The notes beneath the pieces are model-generated. The model was given only the letters and a program-made list of their open reading frames with translations. It was not told where the DNA came from and made no database searches. Below are positions 1 to 7,355 of a DNA stretch of 34,078 bases, one piece after another (position 1 is the stretch's first letter; every line of letters begins with the position of its first letter). The position numbers were made by a program, and so were the translations under genes. Source of the DNA: Candidatus Woesearchaeota archaeon (GTDB taxonomy: Archaea; Nanobdellota; Nanobdellia; Woesearchaeales; UBA10216); assembly GCA_016180085.1 (NCBI GenBank), contig JACPBX010000008.1, forward strand, positions 1 to 34,078, given 5' to 3'.

Positions 1-423
1 ATAGCTGTACTCCTTTACTGTCCTGTGCGCCTCGTCAAACCCTATCAGCACAACATCTTCAAAGCCTATCTTTCCTGCGAGCAGGTCATTTTCCAGGCCC
101 TGCGGGGTGCTGAATATTATGCTGGCTTTTTCCCAAAGTTCTATCCTTTTTTCAGGCGCCACCATTCCGGTAAGCACAGCCATTCTTTCCTCTTCTATTT
201 CGAAATGCTTTTTGAACACCTCATGGTACTGGTCAATGAGCGGCCTTGTCGGGCCCATGAGCAGTATCTTGCCGTGGGGATAGAGCCTGAGCCTGTGTGC
301 GGCCAGCATCAGGAATATGTTTGTTTTTCCGAGCCCTGTCGGAAGCACCACAAGCGTGTTTTTTGCTGTCGCGGTAGCAAGTATGGTTTCCTGGTAAAGC
401 CTTGGCGTGAATCCTTTTATCAT
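1..423 (-). CDS. hef: Hef/FANCM-like SF2 helicase, N-terminal part (runs off the left edge; absent from the ORF track)
   Basis: Manual translation from ATG at 423: MIKGFTPRLYQETILATATAKNTLVVLPTGLGKT...PTRPLIDQ...STPQGLENDL...FDEAHR. Q-motif, Walker A, motif Ia and DEAH box are all present. Confidence 0.9.
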   Translation of the reverse strand, partial: MIKGFTPRLYQETILATATAKNTLVVLPTGLGKTNIFLMLAAHRLRLYPHGKILLMGPTRPLIDQYHEVFKKHFEIEEERMAVLTGMVAPEKRIELWEKASIIFSTPQGLENDLLAGKIGFEDVVLIGFDEAHRTVKEYSY

Positions 424-468
424 GCCGGCTAAAAAATAGTTTCAAAGTTAAAAACTTATGCAAAGCCC

Positions 469-804
469 CTATGCCAAGAAGTCAAAGCCCTGGTGGGCTT
501 TGTAGCTTACCACAGCTGCAGCCGCAAATATCAGCATTATGACGAGCCAGTTGCCTGTCCTGTGCCCGAAAAGGTAGCCAACCAGGAACGCAAGGCTTAT
601 GGCCTTGAACGGCAAAGGATCATTTTCCCTTTTCACGTAGCTCAGCCTGCCGGCGACTAGTCCTGCTGCTGCAACAACAAGGTATGAAAAAGTCACATCA
701 ATAATAAGTTTTCCAGCAGCAAAGCCAGTTGCGAGCATGCCCAAAAACGATAGCTCTACCCAGTTAGTGAGAAATTCAAAGCCCCTCTTCCCCCATATTT
801 CCAT
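469..804 (-). CDS. Small multi-pass membrane protein of unknown function
   Basis: Several hydrophobic segments. Start placed at ATG 804 (MEIWGK), downstream of an AT-rich TATA-like tract near 850-868; the ORF-track GTG at 897 is less likely. Confidence 0.65.
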   Translation of the reverse strand: MEIWGKRGFEFLTNWVELSFLGMLATGFAAGKLIIDVTFSYLVVAAAGLVAGRLSYVKRENDPLPFKAISLAFLVGYLFGHRTGNWLVIMLIFAAAAVVSYKAHQGFDFLA

Positions 805-906
805 TTTCGAGACTTTGCCGGGCTTTGCCGGCTTTGGCTGCTGCAGGGCTTTTAATGTTTTTAAATATTGTGCAAAACCGGCGCAACAGCATTGCACAGA
901 ATTTGG

Positions 907-1665
907 CTACCAGCTTCCCATCTTCGGCTCCAGGAAATTGAAGTAGGTTATTGCCGTGAGCAGCCCTATTATCAGCGATGCTGCTATTGCAAGCCATACG
1001 CTTAGCCACGGAATCAGCAGCAAAACTCCGCAGCTTATAATGGCGCCAAACACGAATGGATAGGCTGTTTTGCTGGCGTACATTATGTTTGCCCCGTCCA
1101 ATGGCGGGATTGGCAGTGTGTTCGTTATTGCAAACAGCACGTTTACGAGCACTATCTTTTCAGCTAATTCTTGGGGCAGAAAGCCCATTCCCTTGACAGC
1201 AATTGCCAGGAACAGGTTTGAAAGCGGGCCTGCCAGCGATACCTTCCCGAGGTCGTAGTAGCCGAGCTGGTACCTGAAATAGCCTAGCCTGTGCTTTTCC
1301 ATTATGTTCAGGAACACGCCGCTGTAAGCCAGGAATATCACCTTGCCGTAAGTCATGAAAGCCAGGATAATGCCTGCGAGCAGCCCGTAAAGGAAGGGCT
1401 TGAACTCGGTCTTGTAGCCCATGTTCAGGCCGAGTATCCTGTGGGCTGATTCGTGGACAAAAACAGCAATTGCAACAGCAACCATGCTCAGCGCGAAATT
1501 GCTGATAAACACGCTCAAAACAAACTGCTCGCCTTCAAAGCTGAAGCCGACTATGAACGCCATTGCCAATACTGATACGAGCAGCCACAGCTGCTCGTTC
1601 CTGCCGAACTTATAGTATCTCCTGATCCTGTCTATCCAGTCGTAAAACGTGTACAGCGATGGCAT
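907..1665 (-). CDS. Site-2 protease family (M50) intramembrane zinc metalloprotease
   Basis: HESAH (HExxH) after a TM helix, AGPLSN, and NTLPIPPLDG (NxxPxxPLDG) motifs. Confidence 0.88.
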   Translation of the reverse strand: MPSLYTFYDWIDRIRRYYKFGRNEQLWLLVSVLAMAFIVGFSFEGEQFVLSVFISNFALSMVAVAIAVFVHESAHRILGLNMGYKTEFKPFLYGLLAGIILAFMTYGKVIFLAYSGVFLNIMEKHRLGYFRYQLGYYDLGKVSLAGPLSNLFLAIAVKGMGFLPQELAEKIVLVNVLFAITNTLPIPPLDGANIMYASKTAYPFVFGAIISCGVLLLIPWLSVWLAIAASLIIGLLTAITYFNFLEPKMGSW

Positions 1666-1718
1666 CTTCTTTCTGTGGTTCTCCTCTTTTTGTTCTCATT
1701 TACTCCCTTCTTTTCTTT

Positions 1719-2405
1719 TTAAATGCTTCGCTCAGCCTGTTTTTTTACAAGCCTGATTAGCTCCCTCTCGTGCCCCGCTCCGACCACGGCAACAATCCTG
1801 CTTTGCGGCTCCATTTTAATTATCCTTGCAAGCATGTTTGCCATGTAATTGTCCCTGTCTGTTACAAGCGCCTTGTAAAGTTGAGGGTATCTCTCTTTGA
1901 CTTTTTTCATCGCCATCCTGACAAAGCTCTCAGGGGGAACTTTTGTAAGGTCTAACTTTACATTCATTTTTTCATTATCAATCCCGGCCATCCCGAAAAG
2001 CAGGTCCCTGACGAGCTTAAGCTTCTCCGTCAGGCTTATTCCAGATATTCTGCCCATCGTTATGTTGAAGGGCTGGTCTATCAGGGCCACCCTTGTGCCA
2101 TTCTGCCTTGCAAGCTCAACTGCAGCCTTCATCTCCTCGCCAGGGCTTGCTCCAATCATTTTGCCAAGCTTTCTTTGCAGAAAGTTGCCTATGAGGAAGA
2201 ACAGTGTTCCTGTCATCCCCATCACTTTTATTATTGAAAGGCTGAACCTCGGCTTCTGCCCGGAAAGCATGACGTGGAGCCTTGCGTGGTCAAGCTCCAC
2301 AGCAACTATGTCCGGCTTCTCTGCCAGTATTGCCTCTTTTACCCTGCTCACGCTGTCCTTTGCAATGTGCGAGGTTCCAATCACGGTCAAATTGCCATAT
2401 TTCAT
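1719..2405 (-). CDS. traB: TraB/PrgY/GumN family protein
   Basis: IGTSHI, VAVELD, PGEEM, ALIDQP, LVTDRDNYMA and VVGAGH motifs; next to the M50 protease. Confidence 0.88.
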   Translation of the reverse strand: MKYGNLTVIGTSHIAKDSVSRVKEAILAEKPDIVAVELDHARLHVMLSGQKPRFSLSIIKVMGMTGTLFFLIGNFLQRKLGKMIGASPGEEMKAAVELARQNGTRVALIDQPFNITMGRISGISLTEKLKLVRDLLFGMAGIDNEKMNVKLDLTKVPPESFVRMAMKKVKERYPQLYKALVTDRDNYMANMLARIIKMEPQSRIVAVVGAGHERELIRLVKKQAERSI

Positions 2406-2456
2406 CTTCGGTTGATTTTCGTTCTCAGCAGTAATGATTATTTAAACTGTGCCGCC

Positions 2457-2470
2457 AAAAAGTTTATATA
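2457..2470 (+). promoter_or_regulatory. Archaeal BRE/TATA promoter for the PRC-barrel gene
   Basis: AAAAAGTTTATATA; a near-identical AAAAAGTTTATATATA lies at 31562-31577 before the coiled-coil gene. Confidence 0.6.
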
Positions 2471-2524
2471 TTGCTGTGGGAATAGAAACAAGGTTTCGCT
2501 TTAAAGCATTTATCGTTTTTTGAT

Positions 2525-2547
2525 TGACCTTTTTGCTAAAAAGGTCA
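2525..2547. repeat. Perfect 10-bp inverted repeat in the leader of the PRC-barrel gene
   Basis: TGACCTTTTT-GCT-AAAAAGGTCA, just before the GAGGTGA RBS at 2551-2557. Confidence 0.75.
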
Positions 2548-2562
2548 TTTGAGGTGAATGGG

Positions 2563-2838
2563 ATGCTTAGGACAAAAAGGGTAACAGAAGTTTACGAGAT
2601 GAGGGTTTTTACCGATACCGGTGATTATTTTGGGGACGTTGAAGAGGCGCTTCTCACCCAGACGAAAGTCATCGGCTGGAGGGTTAAAGCCACAAGGAAC
2701 TCGGTCCTGAGCAAGCTTCTTGGCAGCGCCAAGGGCGTTGTTGTGCCCCATCAGCTGGTAAAGTCCGTTGGGGACGTAATGATAATCTCAAAGGCGGCTA
2801 TGCCAAGCTATACGTCTGAGGAGCCTGCTAGCGTTTGA
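2563..2838 (+). CDS. PRC-barrel domain protein (CdpB-like archaeal cell-division candidate)
   Basis: MRVFTDTGDYFGDVEE and VVVPHQLVKSVGDVMII fit the archaeal single PRC-barrel pattern; RBS GAGGTGA precedes ATG 2563. Confidence 0.85.
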   Translation: MLRTKRVTEVYEMRVFTDTGDYFGDVEEALLTQTKVIGWRVKATRNSVLSKLLGSAKGVVVPHQLVKSVGDVMIISKAAMPSYTSEEPASV

Positions 2839-2864
2839 CGCGTCTGATAAGTGGCTCTATAACT

Positions 2865-4127
2865 CTACCTTGGTAACTGTGGCAGCGTTGGTTGCCTCGG
2901 CAGTAGCCTGTCATATGCTGCTATTTCTGCTGGCTTCAGAATCTCCCTTTCAGGTCTTGTGATTATTGCCACAACCTCTCTTTGTGTTCTTTCATCAAAA
3001 CAGGTTACATATCTTCCGAAGCTTTGAAGGGGATTTTCAGGCATTTCTATAGTGACGGGCTCCTTCCCAAGATTTCCCACCCAAACGCTTGGTGGTACTT
3101 TAAGCATTACCAATGGAAGGCCTATACCGAGCTTATAGTCGTGAACTAAGTGCGCACTTCTTCCGTCAGGTCTTGTCAGTACTATGGCTGTGGTTTTGTA
3201 TTTGGTTCCCCTGAAGTCTGTGGCAAATCCGCCAAAGCTGTAGCCATCCTGTTGTCTTCTTTCTCTTATTCTCCTGATTATTTCCTGAACCCGCCCATCT
3301 ATGTTTTTCATGTGTTTGATAACCTCAAGCGTCATTTCTCCATCGCTTATCCGTTGTCGTGTTTCTTCTGTAATGGCTCCTTGTGTTAAAAGGTAATCAT
3401 CTATGGTTGCTTCTTTCTTTTTGCCCAGCTTATCCATAAGTAGGGTCTCGATGGCTTCTCCAGTCCCGATTTTAAACGGAACGCTGAATCTTCCTTTTTT
3501 TGCTGTGTGAGTCAGGGCGACAGCAACGTGGTAGCAAGCCACACCGACACTGAAAACAGGAAAGCCGGATAAATCGGACCAGCCGTTTGATGCCCTTCCT
3601 CTTAGCTGTGGTCCTCTTGTGCCATCTCCTGCAGAAGGTGAGGCGCCAAGCATTTTGCCATAATTACTCTTGGCAATGTTTTTTAAGTAAGTTGGGCACT
3701 GGCATGCAAACTCAACTATGTTCCCGACGTCATCAAGCATAAGTGTTACCTGTCTATGCCTTTCTTTCCTTTCATCCCCCCGTCTTTTCACACCTATGTA
3801 AAAAATCCCCCCTCCTGAGAAGCCTTCACTTATTACCGGATCGCCCTCAAGCAGGTGAAGCGAACCTTCGTGATCCCTTCTAATCTTTTCTTCTAGCACT
3901 TTGTACAAATTTTTACCGTGCATTTCCGCAGCCCTTCTTATTGCCGGGAAGCTGGGTGTTTTGTCGCTCAGTGATGCACTGGCCAGCCCCTCGAGGTCTT
4001 GTCGGAGCCGGTCAGACTCCATAAACGCAATTTGGGCCTCCGCAAAAGAGGATGGAGGCAGAACTATTTTGCTGTCACCGCGTGTTGTAGTCACTCCTTC
4101 AAAAAGCTCATTTATTCCACTGTCCAT
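2865..4127 (-). CDS. Hypothetical protein with a SWIM-type Zn finger (CxC...CxH)
   Basis: 420-aa ORF; FACQCP preceded by predicted beta strands, then VACYHVAVAL. Confidence 0.55.
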   Translation of the reverse strand: MDSGINELFEGVTTTRGDSKIVLPPSSFAEAQIAFMESDRLRQDLEGLASASLSDKTPSFPAIRRAAEMHGKNLYKVLEEKIRRDHEGSLHLLEGDPVISEGFSGGGIFYIGVKRRGDERKERHRQVTLMLDDVGNIVEFACQCPTYLKNIAKSNYGKMLGASPSAGDGTRGPQLRGRASNGWSDLSGFPVFSVGVACYHVAVALTHTAKKGRFSVPFKIGTGEAIETLLMDKLGKKKEATIDDYLLTQGAITEETRQRISDGEMTLEVIKHMKNIDGRVQEIIRRIRERRQQDGYSFGGFATDFRGTKYKTTAIVLTRPDGRSAHLVHDYKLGIGLPLVMLKVPPSVWVGNLGKEPVTIEMPENPLQSFGRYVTCFDERTQREVVAIITRPEREILKPAEIAAYDRLLPRQPTLPQLPR

Positions 4128-4188
4128 AATGACCGGTAGTCTTTTCTATCATATAAACCTTTTTAAAACAAGAAAGCCTTCTTGCATT

Positions 4189-4500
4189 ATGTCTGAAACA
4201 TCAGGCCTCATCAAAGAATCCGTCCTCGAGCAGCTCAAGCAGGTAGAGGACCCGGAGCTCCATTACAACATAGTTGACCTTGGCCTTATTTACGGGGTCA
4301 AGATAGACCAGGGCATGGTTGTTATTGATATGACCTTTACCTCGCCAATGTGTCCCGTCGGGCCTTATATCGTTTCAAAGGTTGAGGAAGTGGTAAAGAA
4401 GCTTCCGGGCGTTACTGGCGTTACGATAAACATCGTCTGGGAGCCGCTGTGGAGCCCTGACTGCATGTCTGAAGAGGCCAAGGTTGCGCTTGGGATATGA
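4189..4500 (+). CDS. sufT: DUF59/SufT (PaaD-like) Fe-S cluster assembly factor
   Basis: VEDPELHYNIVDLGLIY, MTFTSPMCP and WEPLWSPDCMSEEAK motifs; start trimmed to ATG 4189. Confidence 0.92.
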   Translation: MSETSGLIKESVLEQLKQVEDPELHYNIVDLGLIYGVKIDQGMVVIDMTFTSPMCPVGPYIVSKVEEVVKKLPGVTGVTINIVWEPLWSPDCMSEEAKVALGI

Positions 4501-4548
4501 TTCTGAACAGCAATGTTTAAATTGGCTTTGAGTTTCTTGTTTGTTTAC

Positions 4549-4619
4549 GCGGCAGTGGTCCACCGGCACGACTCGACCTTCCCAAGGTCGCAAAGCGGGT
4601 TCAATTCCCGCCTGCCGCA
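4549..4619 (+). tRNA. tRNA-Gly(CCC)
   Basis: Acceptor GCGGCAG/CTGCCGC plus discriminator A, D-stem GTC/GAC, anticodon stem CGACC/GGTCG with loop TTCCCAA, T-arm GCGGG-TTCAATT-CCCGC; no encoded CCA; TATA-like GTTTAAA at 4515-4521. Confidence 0.93.
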
Positions 4620-4623
4620 TTAC

Positions 4624-5139
4624 ATGACTATACGTTTGGCAACAGCGAAAGACATTCCCAAATTAGCCCTCCTTGAGAGGAAAGCTTACGGGAAGCAAGG
4701 ATATAGTGAGCAGTTTATTTTAGGGAAGCAAAGGCACTTTCCTGATGGCCTGATAATCTCCGAGCACGAAAATAAGATAACTGGCTACATTCTTTACGAT
4801 TCTCTGGGTGAGCATGAGATTTCCCCGGATTTTCGCATTGTCAGCTTGAAAGAGCCGATTGAAGGCAGATGGATGCATATTGTTGCATTTACAACTGAGA
4901 CAAACTACAAGGATTTTGAGCATGATGCCAATCTTCTTCGCACAGCGGAAAAATCGGCAATTCTCAACGGCTGTAAGTTTGCTTATGTCCCTCTGCCAAA
5001 AGAGCACACATTTGATAAGCATGGTGCGCACCAGTTTTGGGAGCGCAACGGCTACCGGAAAATTGGGAGCATTCAGTGGCTGCCTGAGTCAGGGAAGCCT
5101 GTTGAATGTTATTTCTACAAAAAACAGCTGACAGGTTAA
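4624..5139 (+). CDS. GNAT family N-acetyltransferase
   Basis: MTIRLATAKDIPKLALLE start and AHQFWERNGYRKIG C-terminal GNAT motif; the ORF-track N-terminal extension overlaps the tRNA. Confidence 0.75.
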   Translation: MTIRLATAKDIPKLALLERKAYGKQGYSEQFILGKQRHFPDGLIISEHENKITGYILYDSLGEHEISPDFRIVSLKEPIEGRWMHIVAFTTETNYKDFEHDANLLRTAEKSAILNGCKFAYVPLPKEHTFDKHGAHQFWERNGYRKIGSIQWLPESGKPVECYFYKKQLTG

Positions 5140-5170
5140 ATTTATATTGCATTGCCAATCGCAAGAACGT

Positions 5171-5842
5171 ATGAAGCTATCACCGACAGAATTTGACAGA
5201 AAGCTGCGTGAAGGCAGGCTCCGCCTTTCAGTTGTAGGCATGTCCAACGTTGGCAAGACTAGGCGGGCAAAGAGCCTCGTTGCCGACCAGAGCCTGAACT
5301 TTGTGTGGCTGCACGGCGATGACCTCGTTGAGGCAAAGCTGCAGCCTTACCTTGAAGGCAAAGGATTTAAGGGTGTCAACGGAGTTGCTGCATGGATGGG
5401 CCAGCCTTATGAAGCCCGCTATCCCGAAACCCAAAAGCTGTTTCTTCAGTTTGAGGAGTCAGCAATGGCTGAGATTGTCTTTTCCGTTGGCAAGAACATT
5501 GTCGTTGACACTACAGGGAGCGTTATTTACCTTCCACAGAATGTGCTGCAGCGGCTGAAGGAGAGCACCCTTATAGTTTACCTTGAAGCCACAGAGGATG
5601 TTAAAAAACTGCTTTTCGAGCGCTATATCTCCAATCCAAAGCCTGTTATCTGGGGTGGCAGCTTTAGCCGCAAACATGGTGAATCAGACCTTGACGCGCT
5701 TAGGCGCTGCTATCCGCAACTGCTGGAATACAGGGCTGTAAGATACAGGAAGCTTGCCGACATCACCATCCCGCATAATGTTCTTCGCGACACTTCCGGC
5801 AGGCAGTTCCTGAATGAGATTAAGAAGCGGCTTCCGCAGTAG
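5171..5842 (+). CDS. P-loop kinase of the shikimate/gluconate kinase-like fold
   Basis: Walker A GMSNVGKT, HGDDLVE, VVDTTGSVIY, IVYLEA, RAVRYRKLADITI. Confidence 0.7.
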   Translation: MKLSPTEFDRKLREGRLRLSVVGMSNVGKTRRAKSLVADQSLNFVWLHGDDLVEAKLQPYLEGKGFKGVNGVAAWMGQPYEARYPETQKLFLQFEESAMAEIVFSVGKNIVVDTTGSVIYLPQNVLQRLKESTLIVYLEATEDVKKLLFERYISNPKPVIWGGSFSRKHGESDLDALRRCYPQLLEYRAVRYRKLADITIPHNVLRDTSGRQFLNEIKKRLPQ

Positions 5843-5852
5843 TTTTCCGATT

Positions 5853-5903
5853 CCCAAGTCGCGTTTGACGCGACTGGGCCCAGTCGGCTGCTGCCGACTC
5901 GGG
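5853..5903. repeat. 51-nt double-hairpin element, intergenic copy
   Basis: CCC-A-AGTCGCG-TTTGA-CGCGACT-GGG joined to CCC-AGTCGGC-TGCT-GCCGACT-C-GGG; central perfect palindrome CGACTGGGCCCAGTCG at 5871-5886. Confidence 0.8.
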
Positions 5904-5966
5904 GACTGCTTTACCAAAGGGGTCACCCTAGTAAACTTTTTAATCCAGCCATTTTCCCACCGTTAC

Positions 5967-6707
5967 ATGCTGAACATTAGGGAAATTGTAATAAAAATAG
6001 CTGACATCCGTGCATATTCGGAAAACCTCAGGGTTTTCAGGCTCACGCTTCCTGAAGGCAGCGGCTTTTCATTTGTTCCCGGCCAGTTTGTGATGGTTTC
6101 GCTTCCAGGCTTTGCTGCCGCGAATGGCAGGAAAATAGCCAAGTCATACTCAATAGCATCCTCGCCTTCCGAGACGGGAATTCTGGAGCTTTGCATAGCC
6201 CTCTATCCCTCGGGCGCCCTCTCTCCGAAACTGTTCCAGAAAAATGTCGGTGATGAGGTTGTTGTGACAGGGCCTTACGGCGTATTTCAGCTCAAGCAGT
6301 CTATCCAGTCGGGAACTGTTTTTATGGCCGGGGGCACAGGTCTCGCCCCTTTGATGAGTATGCTTCGTTCGCTCTACGCAGGAGGCTACAACGAAAAGCT
6401 CTGGCTTTTTTACAGTGCCAGCGAGCCAAAGCTGTTTTTGTTCAAGGAAGAGCTTTTGGGCTATCAAAAAAACAACAATCTGCAGCTTATTGCTTCAACC
6501 AGCAGGCCGGACAATACCTGGGAATGGGAAAAGGGCAGGGTGACAGACACGTTCCCAAGCTTTCTGCATCAGTTGCAAGGCGATGGCGTCCCAAGCGAGT
6601 CAAGGCAGTTCTACATCTGCGGCCCTCCGCTGATGGTTTCTGACACGGTTAAGATGCTTGAGCAGATCGGCTTCAAAAAGGAGAACATCCACAAGGAGCA
6701 ATGGTAA
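5967..6707 (+). CDS. FAD/NAD(P)H-dependent ferredoxin-NADP+ reductase family oxidoreductase
   Basis: FVPGQFV, KSYSIASSP, GALSPKL, GPYG, AGGTGLAP and FYICGPPLM motifs. Confidence 0.9.
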   Translation: MLNIREIVIKIADIRAYSENLRVFRLTLPEGSGFSFVPGQFVMVSLPGFAAANGRKIAKSYSIASSPSETGILELCIALYPSGALSPKLFQKNVGDEVVVTGPYGVFQLKQSIQSGTVFMAGGTGLAPLMSMLRSLYAGGYNEKLWLFYSASEPKLFLFKEELLGYQKNNNLQLIASTSRPDNTWEWEKGRVTDTFPSFLHQLQGDGVPSESRQFYICGPPLMVSDTVKMLEQIGFKKENIHKEQW

Positions 6708-6709
6708 AG

Positions 6710-7336
6710 TTACAGCCGCTTTGTAACCCCATTCTTTGGGCAAACCTTATCCAGCACGCACTTGCTGCAGTAAGGAATCGGAGCGCGGCACACAGCCCTG
6801 CCGTGGTCTTTCAGAAGCCAGGTTATTCTCTTCCATTCGCTTTTAGGCACAACAGCCATCAAATCTTTTTCTACTTTGTCTGGGCTGGTGTTTTTGGTGA
6901 GACCCAAACGATAGCCAACCCGTAAAACATGTACATCGGCGGCAATTCCTGAAACTTTGTTAAATGCATTTATGAGAATTACATTTGCAGTCTTTCGCCC
7001 AATTCCAGGAAGCGTCACTAATTCGTCCATCGTTTCAGGCACCTTGCCGCTGAACCTGGCCATTATAATCCTGCACGCCTCCCTGATGTTTTTTGCCTTG
7101 TTGTTGAAGAACGTGATTGACTTTATGTCGCCTTCCTCCAGCTTTGTAAAATCTGCAGCTGTTTTGTATTTCTGAAACAGTTTCGCTGTCACAGCGTTGA
7201 CTGCCTCGTCACGGCATTGCGCCGAAAGAACGGCAGCCACCATCAGCTGCAAAGGATTTGAAAAATTCAGGTAATATCTCGTATTTGGGTACTGTTTTTT
7301 CAGGATTGCTGTTATTTCCTCTGCCTTCGCCATCAC
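6710..7336 (-). CDS. nth: Endonuclease III (HhH-GPD, 4Fe-4S)
   Basis: VLSAQCRD, LPGIGRKTAN, DVHVLR, and the C-x6-C-x2-C-x5-C cluster loop CRAPIPYCSKCVLDKVC. Confidence 0.95.
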   Translation of the reverse strand: MMAKAEEITAILKKQYPNTRYYLNFSNPLQLMVAAVLSAQCRDEAVNAVTAKLFQKYKTAADFTKLEEGDIKSITFFNNKAKNIREACRIIMARFSGKVPETMDELVTLPGIGRKTANVILINAFNKVSGIAADVHVLRVGYRLGLTKNTSPDKVEKDLMAVVPKSEWKRITWLLKDHGRAVCRAPIPYCSKCVLDKVCPKNGVTKRL

Positions 7337-7355
7337 TAACCCTACCCCGTCACTA

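Noticed and set aside
25-432. 135-aa plus-strand ORF in the track
   Set aside because: Antisense shadow of the Hef helicase gene, which has clear motifs on the minus strand.
811-840. Short GCTTTGCCG-type tandem repeat
   Set aside because: Only two to three degenerate copies with no spacers; low complexity, not CRISPR.
3901-4188. N-terminal extension of the sufT ORF
   Set aside because: Overlaps the SWIM gene antisense and the divergent promoter; the DUF59 domain begins at ATG 4189.
4513-4623. N-terminal extension of the GNAT ORF
   Set aside because: It reads through the tRNA-Gly gene.
5814-5966. N-terminal extension of the FNR ORF
   Set aside because: Spans the kinase 3' end and the double hairpin; the domain starts at ATG 5967.
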